NCBI GenBank assembly: GCA_043228905.1
Contig: JBHGNT010000015.1
Location: 3,038,001-3,102,000, forward strand
Origin: Azolla caroliniana
Lineage: Eukaryota > Plantae > Polypodiophyta
DNA: 64,000 nucleotides
Reading direction: 5' to 3'
Made by a program: the position numbers and the translations under genes. How positions within the stretch are numbered: position 1 is the stretch's first letter; each line of letters begins with the position of its first letter. The notes under the pieces are model-generated. The model had not been told where the DNA came from. It did not search any database and worked only from the letters and a program-made list of their open reading frames with translations. Shown one piece after another: positions 39,201-49,223 of the stretch.

Positions 39201-41753
39201 GATGAAGAGCTCCAAGTCGACCGGTGAGGATCAACTCTACGAGGAGCAGTCCCGACCGGCAAGGGACCGGTTAGCACTCGAGGATCCGGCCGAAGACGGT
39301 GAAGAAACAGAACCGGCCGAAGAAGATGAAAACGATACCGGAACCGGCCCCGATCCCGAAATAGATTCGGATGAAGAAGAATCGGAAGAACCGGTTACCG
39401 AAGTTCCGGAACGGAGATATCCTCTAAGAGAGAGAAGGGCCCCCCGGAGATTTCCGGAACCAGAGCACGTGCTGCTAACCGACGAGGGGGAGCCGGAGAG
39501 CTTTGAAGAAGCAAAGCATGACACCCAGAGCCGCAGGTGGTTAAGTGCCATGCAGGACGAGATGGATTCCCTGCATGAGAACCACACATATGAACTTGTG
39601 GAGTTGCCGAAAGGAAAACGGGCACTCCGTAACAAGTGGGTGTTCAAGCTGAAACCGGGAGATGCCGGAAACCCCCCGAGATACAAAGCCAGGATCGTGG
39701 TGAAGGGGTTCCAGCAGAAGAAGGGCGTCGACTTCGACGAGATATTTGCCCCGGTAGTGAAGATGACCTCCATCCGGACGGTGCTGAGCATTGCGGCAAG
39801 CATGGACCTCGAGGTAGAACAGATGGACGTGAAGACGGCATTCCTTCACGGTGACCTCGAAGAAGAGATCTACATGCAGCAGCCGGAAGGATTCGAGAAG
39901 AAAGGGAAGGAGCACCTGGTATGCCGGTTGAAGAAGAGCCTTTACGGACTGAAGCAGGCTCCCCGGCAATGGTACCGGAAGTTCGACTCCTTCATGACCG
40001 ACGAAGGGTACCACAAAACGCAGGCTGATCACTGCGTGTTTGTGAAGAAGTTCGAAGGAGGAGACTCTCTAATACTCCTCCTGTACGTGGACGACATGTT
40101 GATCGTCGGACGGGATCAGGTCAAGATACGGATGCTGAAGAAAGCGCTTCACCGAACCTTCTCAATGAAGGACCTGGGTCCGGCGAGGCAAATACTAGGG
40201 ATGCACATCATCCGGGACCGGAAGAAGAAGCAGTTGTGGCTGTCACAGGAGAAGTACGTGACAAAGGTGCTTCACCGGTTCAACATGTCGGAAGCAAGAC
40301 CGGTCGGGTCAACCCTCCCGGCAAACTGCAAGTTGTCCAGCAAGCAAAGCCCCAAGACAAAGGCTGAGAAGGAGGACATGATGAAAGTACCATATGCCTC
40401 TGCCGTCGGAAGCTTGATGTACGCAATGGTGTGCACAAGACCGGACATAGGATATGCAGTCGGAGTGGTGAGCCGGTACATGAGCAATCCCGGCAAAGAG
40501 CACTGGAACGCGGTCAAGTGGATACTCCGATACCTGAAGGGCACGGCAAACGTGTGCCTCCGATTCGGCTCCGATAAGCCCGAATTCGACGGCTTTACCG
40601 ATTCGGATATGTCGGCTGATGCAGATACCAGCCGGTCCACATCAGGGTATGTGATGACGTTTGCAGGAGGAGCTGTATCGTGGCAGTCGAGGCTGCAGAA
40701 GACGGTTGCGTTGTCAACCACGGAGGCGGAGTACATGGCGGCGGTTGAAGCCGGCAAGGAAATAATATGGATGAAGGACTTCATTAGAGAGCTCGGTATC
40801 CAGCAGGAGGAGTACCGACTCTACTGCGATAGTCAGAGTGCCATCCACCTTGCGAAGAACGCGGCCTACCATTCCCGGACGAAACACATCCAGCGGAGAT
40901 ATCACTGGATCCGGGAAAGGATAGAAGACAAGGAGTTCGTGCTGACGAAGATCCACACGGACGAGAACGGGTCGGATATGCTGACCAAGGTGCTCACACC
41001 CGACAAGCTGGAAGCATGCCGGAAGAGGATCGGGTTGGAGAGACATCCCATGCCGAAGTGAAGGGGGAGTTTGTTGGGATTTCGGTCCCTCCGGATGGGA
41101 TGTCCGGAGATGAATGACGGCAAGCCCGGAGGCTGTTACGGAACCGTAGGATGAAGAGTACCCGGCATGAAGCCGGATGAAGAGTACCAGGTTACGGAGC
41201 CGGATGATGAAGACCCCGGTTACGGAGCCGGATGCTGAAGACCCCGGCTACGGAGCCGGATGACGAATGTACCCGGTGAGAGAGATCCGGATGCGGGGAC
41301 ATATTTGTGAATATGTTTGCCAAGAGCCCTTGTGGTTATATTTGTAAATAGCCCGAAAGTCATATGTGTATAAATATGACTTAGGGCAAACAGTATAGAA
41401 GGTTGTTGTTGCTCATTTTTCCCATGCGAAGTGAGAGCAGCCGAGAGAGAGAGAGAGAGATAGAGCGCGAGAGAGAGACGAAGAGGTAGACGCCTCTGTG
41501 TACTTCCGCCGCCTGTGGCGAGGACAGCGAGCTCAAGGTTGTTGCCTTGCAGCTCGCCATTGTATATTTCTCTGTGCATAGTTTGGTTCGGAGTCTCGCA
41601 CTCCCGTGGTTTTTTTTCCCGTATAGGGTTTTTCCACGTTAATCCCTGTGTATCGCGTCTTTCTCTGTATTTCCTATTTTCTGCTACATTGATCCGCGAT
41701 TACTCGGCTGTGGCCGAGTGAAGAAGGTGAATCCAAGCGGTGATTTCCTTTCA
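36278..41753 (+). mobile_element. Intact Ty1/copia element B (Tork/Tnt1-like, same family as A)
   Basis: LTRs 36278-36958 and 41072-41753 appear identical except one T in a homopolymer; iMet PBS 36962-36973; PPT; TSD CCTTG (36273-36277, 41754-41758). Confidence 0.98.
36988..41061 (+). CDS. Intact copia gag-pol polyprotein (1357 aa from first ATG)
   Basis: Single open frame with CCHC knuckle, DSG protease, integrase, YVDD RT and RNase H. Confidence 0.97.
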   Translation: MEGGGSGQPMMMVLNAQNYADWKIKMEDLLIVRDLYEPIDRSEIPKGVLESEWKLLNRKAVATIRQYVDVSVLQHVANDTNAYEMWKKLSGLYERKNALNRTSLMRKIVNLKYRDGESMVEHVSTFMGFVNQLAAIKFPLEDAMQAIILMCTLPDSWENLVVTLSTSCTEDNLSLQTVKTSILNEEARRRDKEPASDSKALLAESERGRQWNRSPQRREKSGTRSQSRGRPTCFHCGKPGHFRKNCRHYRKDNGADDTDSKKSPERNGAYRGATDRRGPDRRGQDRKGTTALAASEEEIMLITEERELNLAGVEMTWVVDSGASFHLTPEKKYFSSYTAGEHGCVRMGNEGTCRIAGIGDVWLMTSTGCKMLLKDVRHVPEVRLNLISAGRLDDEGYTGSIRNGVMKFSKGSLIVARARKVNTLYLMNARLCPEELNVAADTAGELWHKRLCHMSEKGMKRLAEDNLIPVKHVHLEKCTDCLAGKQNRTSFHSRPPTRRSAPLELVHTDVCQVETKSHGGAQYFVTFIDDHSRKLWTAPLKTKDQVLSVFKELHARVERESGKKLKAIRADNGGEYRGQFQEYCRSKGIRLEFTVPKTPELNGLAERMNRTIMERVRSMLAHAKLPKGFWAEAMSTATYVINRSPSVPLDGDTPQKVWTGKEVSYRHLKVFGCLAYVHVAKDRRGKLDPKTRPCIFLGYGDDEFGYRVWDPVDKKIFRRRDIIFMEDKTLADWESEKKMKSSKSTGEDQLYEEQSRPARDRLALEDPAEDGEETEPAEEDENDTGTGPDPEIDSDEEESEEPVTEVPERRYPLRERRAPRRFPEPEHVLLTDEGEPESFEEAKHDTQSRRWLSAMQDEMDSLHENHTYELVELPKGKRALRNKWVFKLKPGDAGNPPRYKARIVVKGFQQKKGVDFDEIFAPVVKMTSIRTVLSIAASMDLEVEQMDVKTAFLHGDLEEEIYMQQPEGFEKKGKEHLVCRLKKSLYGLKQAPRQWYRKFDSFMTDEGYHKTQADHCVFVKKFEGGDSLILLLYVDDMLIVGRDQVKIRMLKKALHRTFSMKDLGPARQILGMHIIRDRKKKQLWLSQEKYVTKVLHRFNMSEARPVGSTLPANCKLSSKQSPKTKAEKEDMMKVPYASAVGSLMYAMVCTRPDIGYAVGVVSRYMSNPGKEHWNAVKWILRYLKGTANVCLRFGSDKPEFDGFTDSDMSADADTSRSTSGYVMTFAGGAVSWQSRLQKTVALSTTEAEYMAAVEAGKEIIWMKDFIRELGIQQEEYRLYCDSQSAIHLAKNAAYHSRTKHIQRRYHWIRERIEDKEFVLTKIHTDENGSDMLTKVLTPDKLEACRKRIGLERHPMPK

Positions 41754-41758
41754 CCTTG

Positions 41759-42681
41759 TTGCCACCTCCCGTCTCTCCGGTCTCACGTTGGTTCTCGGAC
41801 ACAACCGCCGAAGTCTCTAGAATTAGTGGGTAGGAATCCTCGGTATTATCATCTTCCGTTGTTTCACCCATAGCCATGTTCTCCTTGGCTATCTCTCCTT
41901 CGTATGCATCGGCTTCGACCTTCGTTTCGTTGCCGCCACTTTCCTTATCTTCGGTGTTATGTCGACACCCGGGCTCCAGTACCGAAGTCTCCGAAACAAT
42001 GGTGAAGGAATCCCTTCGTTCGTGCTCATTTACTTTGTCTTCCTCGTTGCCCTTCCGGTCCTCCACTTTTCCACCGACACATTCCGTCTCTCCGGTCTCA
42101 CGTTGGTGCACGGGCACAACCGCCGAAGTCTCTGGAACCGGTGTGGGGATACCCTTTCGTCCTCGATCTTCCTCCTCCTCGTCCTTTGTTGGCCTCGACT
42201 TTGGTTCGGTTTTAAGCTCCCCTTCAATGTCGACTTGCGACTTTTCATGCATCTCCGAACCCTTCCGCATCAAGCTCTCCTTCGGTGGTAGTCGGTGGCC
42301 GCTTTTCACCCACTGTTGACCGCCGTTCGTGGACCATGTCCTCGTCCGCTTCGGTCTTAGATAGTCATATGTGTCTCGTATAGCTTCTTCAAAGGACTCC
42401 CACATCGGGCTTTGTTGTCGTATCTCGTGGATTCTCTCTTGAAGCTCATCCGTAGCCACCCGGTTGAAAGATAACACTTGCAATCTTTCTGAGATACCAT
42501 ATCGCAACATCTCCATTTTCTAGTCACGTAGATAGCGTGACACGTCCTTTCCATCGAATTGCCCGTTCTGTTGCACGAGCCGTTGTACTACTTTCGTGAT
42601 CTCCGACATCTCGCGTTGTTCTTGTAGCATTCTCTCGAACATCATCATCATCATGTTCATCGCCTCTTGTTGATTCTCCAT
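41759..42681 (-). pseudogene. gag-derived ORF of the non-autonomous element (N-terminal half)
   Basis: MENQQEAMNMMMMMFERMLQEQ...GQFDGKDVSRYLRD*; homologous to gag at 1201-1500; one TAG at 42520-42522. Confidence 0.8.
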
Positions 42682-43393
42682 CTCCTTGCCACCCGCCTTC
42701 ACGTCGGGTTCACCAACTGTGTCGTGCCTTTCGGCTCCGGATCGTTTGCGTGAGTCGGGTGGGAACCGCCGAGGTTTTGGACTAGGAGGAGGAAGAATTT
42801 GAGGCTAATCTAGTTATGAATATGAATAGATTATAAGAAAGAGATATAGAAACTTGTGAATCCCACAAGTATAGTTTATTAATTGGTGTTTTTTAGAAAC
42901 ATATCCAGTTTCCAAATATTTTTCACACACCTATTACATTGTGCTCCCCATCCTTATGTAGTGATGGGAGAGACTAAGCATAACTACATGCTTTTTTAAT
43001 CCTTGCTTTTATTTGCTAAATATAGTGCTCATGCACGCTAGATGTGCATGAGTCACTTTTTAGTTGCTTGCGTTTTTCTATAAAATATTCACGCACTCTA
43101 AAAATGCATGATTTACCTTTTTAATAAAGGTAGGCGCAAATAAAGCACTTATAGTTATTAAATCTATTTATAGAACACTAAAGATAAGGTAGCATAATGG
43201 TAAAGTTGAGATTTGGCTACGTGGAGGTACAAGGTTCAAATCTTGCCCTATGCACGTGATAAATATCTTGATATTCTTATTTTATTTATTGGTGATAAAT
43301 ATCTTGATATTCTTATTTTATTTATTTATATGTAATTAAATCGGTTATATTATTTTTACTTTTTTCACGTAGTGTACGAAATACACTACGACA

Positions 43394-45056
43394 CCGTCTC
43401 CAAAGGTTGTCTTTGTGACTCTGGCTGGACTATTTGTTCTCTCGCTTTTTCTAGAGCCCCCTGTTCTTCTTGCAGTTTATTTTTCAATTGTTGATTTTCT
43501 GCCTGCATTTGTTTATACTGTGCATTAAGCACATCTGCAACTGTTGTAGCCTGTTTGTATAATTTGGCCATATCCCTGGCACCTCTGCTAGCCTTTTCAT
43601 AATCACGGTGTACTTCCACCAGTGCCTCATGTAATTGTGGTATTTGAATGGCTTCACCTCTATTTTTAGCATGTCACTGTCGACCAATTCTATCCACTTC
43701 CGCTTGCTCATTGGTTCGATAGCTCCACATAATGACCTCTGGATCATTATTTGATCTCTGTGCTCTTGCGCCATTCTTTCCGACACTTCTTGCAGTCTTT
43801 TAGCTAACCATTCTACTAGTTCATATGATGTTCCGAACTACAGAATGGCAGCTACCTTATGTGTTGTTGCCGGAATGTCGGAAAAACCGAGTACCTCTTG
43901 TACCATTGTTGTTGATGTCTGCCCTTTTTGAACTCGTGACGTGTCATCTGGATTGACACGAGGTATTTGCGTGCTTTGGGCGGCTTGATCGTTAGTTCTC
44001 TTTTTCTTCTGCACAGGTTGTTCTTGCTCTAGTCTAGAGTATCTTTGAGACCATTGTTTCACCCTTCGTTGTTTCGGCAGTTGCTGCTCAATGTCAATTT
44101 GTCGCGATTTTTGTTGTTGTGACGATTGCTCGTCTGTCGTCCCTCGTTGTTGCATCCTCTGTGGTTGGGACTCCGGCGGTGCAGTCGGTGATTGTTGGGT
44201 AGGTTCGGGTTGTGGTATCGATTGTTGAGACTGCGTCGACTGTTGTTGTTCTGATTCTTGTTGGCGCCTTGGTTCCGGTTGGTCAGTCTCGGTTCGAGTG
44301 GTATCGTCCTGCATTGATTCTTCTTCCCTCCACTCTTCCCTTTGGACTTGTCGTCGGGCTCGGGATGACTGTACCTGAGGCGGCCGACGCACCTCTGATC
44401 GGTTTTCCGGCTCTGCAGTCAGAAATAATACCGATAACCAATGAGCAAAATTTGGCTTCATTGGTTTTCCTTTCCGAACTCCGTTTAGTTGCTCTCTCAG
44501 AGCATCTGCCGACAATAGCCCCCAATCGAAAGCTTCGCCTTCATAAGCGGCGATAATAAATCCGGCCCTCTTTTTGGGCATACAGTAGAATCTGGGACTA
44601 ACAAACCCTACTTCCAATAAAAAATTTGCAACTTCATGAAAAAACACATCCCTACCTCCCTGTGTCTGATACGCTTTGGCAGAGGGCGAATATTCACTAA
44701 AATAGGACCGCAAAACATCCTCTTGGCATCTCCAACACGACCCGTACCTTCTTATTCGCGATCGTCGAGACATCGATTTCTGCCAACAGAGCTTCCGCGT
44801 TCGGGTGCGGCTCTGTTTCTGGGACTTTCAAAAATCCCTGTAACTTATTGGGAACGAGCCAGTGGCACAAGTTGTCAGATACGACAATTGGCATGTTGTC
44901 GTCGTCGATGAACAGATCTTCACTCAATGAGGGTTGTGAGAACTGTTGTGGGCTATGGCGAGAAAAATCAGAAAACCTGTTAGCTTGAATGCGTTTCTGC
45001 TTCTGTGGTGAAACAATCATTATAGAAATAGGTTTTAAGAGATGAATCTTTTGCAT
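43394..45056 (-). pseudogene. N-terminal part of gypsy accessory ORF (globular domain, Gln-rich linker, coiled coil)
   Basis: ORF pieces 44697-45056, 43838-44773, 43484-43786 and 43386-43619 lie downstream of integrase on the same strand. Confidence 0.7.
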
Positions 45057-45299
45057 GATGCCTAGGGAATAAAAGTACTATTAATGTTATGATGACTAGG
45101 CGTACTAGTGGAGTGATGGCTAGAAATAGTAATAATGACTAATAGAAATACGCCTCCACCACTTTTACTTATAGTCTTTTGAAATTACTCCAAGAATCTC
45201 TTCGTGAGACTTAGTTATGATTTGGCAAGAAAATATTCCATAGTTTGTTTTTTTTTTTTTTTTTTTACTTTTCTTCCAGTTCATCCTTGGATGGATTTT

Positions 45300-46700
45300 T
45301 CGACATATGTCCACGATATGGTTTAAGCCGAAACCATTGACCTATTTCGGTAAAATATCACCTGATAGGGTTCCCAGTTGATACGTACCATTTTTACTAT
45401 TCACGATCCAAACTGGTCCTGTCCATCTATACCGAAGTTTTCCTGGCATCGCCCCCATCTTAGTTGGAAAACCAGTACCGGTTTTCCGATTCCGAATTGC
45501 GATTCGGTTTTCCGTCAGTGTCGATTTACAAATGCCTTGGTTTGCCTTTGCTTGTGCTCTAAAGCTGTCATAACTTGTAGTCAGTCTTCGTCTAACAGTA
45601 ATAAAGATTCCTTCCGAATTTGCTCCGACTGTAGTTCATTTAATTTTTCAGTTGTTTGTATTCAGAGTGTCGGAATTTGGAATTCGAGTGGCATCACTAC
45701 TTCCAATCCAAAAGCCATTCGGAAGGGTGTTGATTTGATAGATGTTTTGTATGACGTGTGATATGCCCATAAAGCACTATGCAATTTTTTATCCCAGTCC
45801 GTATGATTCTCATTTACTATTTTTTTTAGTATCGTCTGGAGGGTTTTGTTTGTCAACTCCGCCAATCCATTCGCTTGTGGATAGTAAGGGGTGCTTTTCT
45901 TATGAACCACTGCATAGTAGGTAGACAATTCATGAACAAGTTTGTTAATGAAATGCGTACCTTGATCACTCACTAATTCTATTGGGCAGCCGAATCGACA
46001 CCATATACTTTCGTACAAAAATTTTGTTGTTGAAGCTATCGTATTATCCCTAAGAGCCTTAGCTTCTACCCACTTTGTACAATAGTCAATAGCCACTATA
46101 ATATATCTATTGCTTGTTCTTATTGTTGCCGGTTTGAAAGGGCCTACAAAATCCAACCCCCATTTCTGGAAAGGTTCAAGAGGTAACACCAATTGAAATG
46201 GCATTCGGTCCCTTTCTGTTGGTTGTCCCATACGCTGGGATAAATCACATTTCCGACAATATTCGACCGTATCCTTCATCATTGTAGGCCACCATAACCC
46301 ACTGTTCCATATTTTTCTTGCTGTGGTTTCCCCAACATAGTGACCTCCTGCAATTCCACAGTGTGATTCCCGAAGGATGACCGATTTTTCGAATTGCCGT
46401 ACTGTTCTTCTCCAAATACCATCTGCTCCCTTATGATACAGAGTATCGTTCAAAAGACAAAAATTACGACTTCTTACCGCCAGACTTTTTCTTTCGTCTA
46501 TCGATAGATGTTCGGGTGGCAACCCCGTTGTAAGAAAGATTGTCATTTCTGAAATCCAACCATCCTCACTTTCTTCATTTACACCCTGTGCATTTACAAC
46601 TTCCACTCGAAAAAGCTGACCATCCGGAAAATCATCCTTGACACATGTGCCTTCTTCTCCTGTCTCCAGTCGACTGAGATAATCGGCCACTGCATGCTCA
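45300..46700 (-). pseudogene. Ty3/gypsy integrase without chromodomain
   Basis: ADYLSR, HCGIAGGHY, PFQKWGLDFVGPF, TKWVEAKAL, LVSDQGTHF, YYPQANGLAE; degenerate GPY tail ending NGFRLKPY. Confidence 0.92.
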
Positions 46701-49223
46701 TCCGATTCTCACCAGGTCTTCCGTAGCCGGGTACTCCTCTTCCGGTTCTCACCGGGTCTTCACCATCCGGAGGGACCTTTTTCCTAACAATAACTTACGT
46801 CATCGTCATCGGCACCTTAGCCCAAAATGTATTGGATAGTTTTGCATGTGGTAGCATGCTTCAGACTCTCTCCATTATGGTCTGGTTCATCCGTTCAGCC
46901 AGCCTGTTCAATTCTAGCATCTTCGGCACGGTGAATTCGAGCCGGATTCCCTTCGATCGGCAATACTCCTCGAACTTCCCCCGGTATTCTCCTCCGTTAT
47001 CTGCTCGAACTGCCTTCAACTTCCGACCGGTTTACTCTTCCTCTCTCACGTGGAGCTCCTTGAAGACAAACAGCACCTGATCCTTCATCTTCAACGGTGA
47101 GACCCACAACTTCCGGTTATGGTCATCTATGAACGTCACGAAGTACTACGAACCGGCATGTGATTTCGTGTCCACTTGACACACATCAGTATCCACCAGC
47201 TCCAGTGGTGCATTCTGTCTCATTGGTGGTCTTGACCGGAAGGAGGTTCGATTTTGCTTGCGGGCCAAACTGTCGGTGCATTTCTCAAGATGCATGTCTT
47301 TCACCTTCGGAATGAGGTTATCCTTAGCAAGTCTTCTCATCCCCTTCTGACTCATATGACACAGTCTCTTGTGCCACAGCTCACCGGCAGTGTCGGATGC
47401 TACGTTCACTTCTTCCCGCATATCCGGGCGTGCATCAGGTACAGTGTGTTGATCTTCCGGGCTCAAGCCACGATCAAGCTTCCTTTGCTAAATTTCATGA
47501 CTCTGTTCCGGATGCTACCCGTGTAGCCTTCATCATCTAGCCGACCGGCTTATATCAGGTTCAACCGAACCTCCGGAACGTGTCGGACATCCTTCAGCAG
47601 CAGTTTGCACCCGGTTGATGTCGTCAATCACACATCTCCTATGCCGACGATTTGGCAGGTACCTTCATTCCCCATCTGGACACAACCATGATCTCAGGTA
47701 GTGTAGGATGAGAAGAATTTCCAGTCCGGCATTAGGTGGAACGATGCTCCGGAATCGACAACCCAAGTTGTCTTGTCACTAACAAGGTTTAACTCATTCT
47801 CAAGGGTGATCAGCAGCAGTTCTTCTTCACTTGTCGCAATCGCCAACGTTCCTTTCTGATCCGGACCTCCCTGGTCCGAACCATTTCGATCCGAACTCTT
47901 CTTCGAATCGGTGTTGTCGGTCCCTCTCTCTTTCTGGAAGTGCCAACAATTCTTCTAGAAGTGTCTAGGCTTCCCACAATAGAAGCAAGTAGGCCTCCCC
48001 CTTGACTTGGACCTCGTCCCCGACTTTTCCCGGTTTTGGGGACTCCGGTACCGGTTTCTCCCTTGTTGTGTGTTGGATTCGGAAATCAGGGCTTTTGGGT
48101 CAGAGATCACTTCCTTGTCTTTCCGACGTGCCTCTTCACCTAACAAGCTCGACTTCACTCTTGCTAGGGATAGTCGCTTTCCTTCCGGCCCGGCGTTGCC
48201 CAAAGTGACAACTAGCTTCTCCCAGCTATTCGAGAGGGAACCGAGCAATAGCAACGCAAGTACCCCATCGGCCAGAGGTATTTCAAGCGAAGTTGTTTGG
48301 TTTATAAGCCCCTGGAATGCGTTCATGTGTTCCGCCATGTTGGATCCTTCCTGGTACCAAAGTCTCACTAACTTCTGGAATATCGAAACCCAATTTACGG
48401 CGTTTTTGCTCTCCAACATGGTGCCAATTTTCTCCCAGAGCACATGAGCCTTACTTTCTTCATTGAAGTTGTTGTACAGGCTCATGTCGATGAAGCCCCG
48501 TATGTATGTTGTTGTCTTCATGTGCATCACCTCCCATGTCGTGGCATCGATCTTGTCCGGTTTCTTGTCCCCGAACTATACCGGCAGTTAGAGATCTTTG
48601 ACCACGAGCATGTCCCTCATCTTCGACTTACACACTGGGTAGTTGGAGCCAGTGAGCTTGAACATGCTTCCGAATGACTCTTCCATTTTCTTGTTTGCTA
48701 TGATACTAGTTTGTGCGGAATAGCGCTCGGCCACGACCGAGACTCAAACACTTTATGAAAGAACAAAAAAGAAATGGAGGTTCGTACACTTACACAAAAG
48801 AGACGACACAGGATGTTTACGTGGAAAGCCCACAGACTCCAACTATCACTATACGAGAAAGGAGGTACAACAAGAGACTCAGAAGCAACAACCTCAAGCT
48901 CTGTATCTTCGCCAACCAACAACTTCACTTCTCTCTCTCTCTATACTATTGTGATACAACTAACAATAACAACAATGCTACACCCATATACTAAAGTGAT
49001 TGCTCTAAGTCATATTTATACTTATATGACTTTTGGGCTATTTACAAATATAGCCTCAATAGGCTCACCATGAAACATATTTACACATATGTCCTTGGAT
49101 CCGGTTTCCAAGTCTCATCCGGAACCCTTCCGGATCCAGTTCCTTCATCCAACTCGTCCGATCTGGCTCCTTCGGCCTTCGGTTCTCATCCGGATCCCAT
49201 CCGGAGGGACCGAATTCCCAACA
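46700..49223 (-). mobile_element. Degenerate copia E related to A/B (5' LTR 48712-49223, mutated iMet PBS, gag-PR-INT; LTR fragment 46700-46789)
   Basis: REKSGTRSKSRGRPTCFYCGKP and DTAGELWHKRLCHMS are nearly identical to copia A/B; LTR end CCGGAGGGACCGAATTCCCAACA. Confidence 0.88.

Larger units (their letters stand above)
34864..43393 (-). mobile_element. Non-autonomous gag-only LTR element of the Trp-primed family (~3 kb without nested copia B)
   Basis: 3' LTR 34864-35619, PPT GGAGGGGGCGAG next to it, 5' LTR 42720-43393, Trp PBS 42698-42715, 4-bp TSD CCGT (34860-34863, 43394-43397); no RT/RH/INT motifs seen. Confidence 0.88.
33308..46700 (-). mobile_element. Old non-chromovirus Ty3/gypsy element (integrase, long accessory ORF, putative 3' terminus), interrupted by 34864-43393
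   Basis: Integrase at 45300-46700; accessory ORF rejoins in frame across the nested insertion; left boundary uncertain. Confidence 0.7.
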
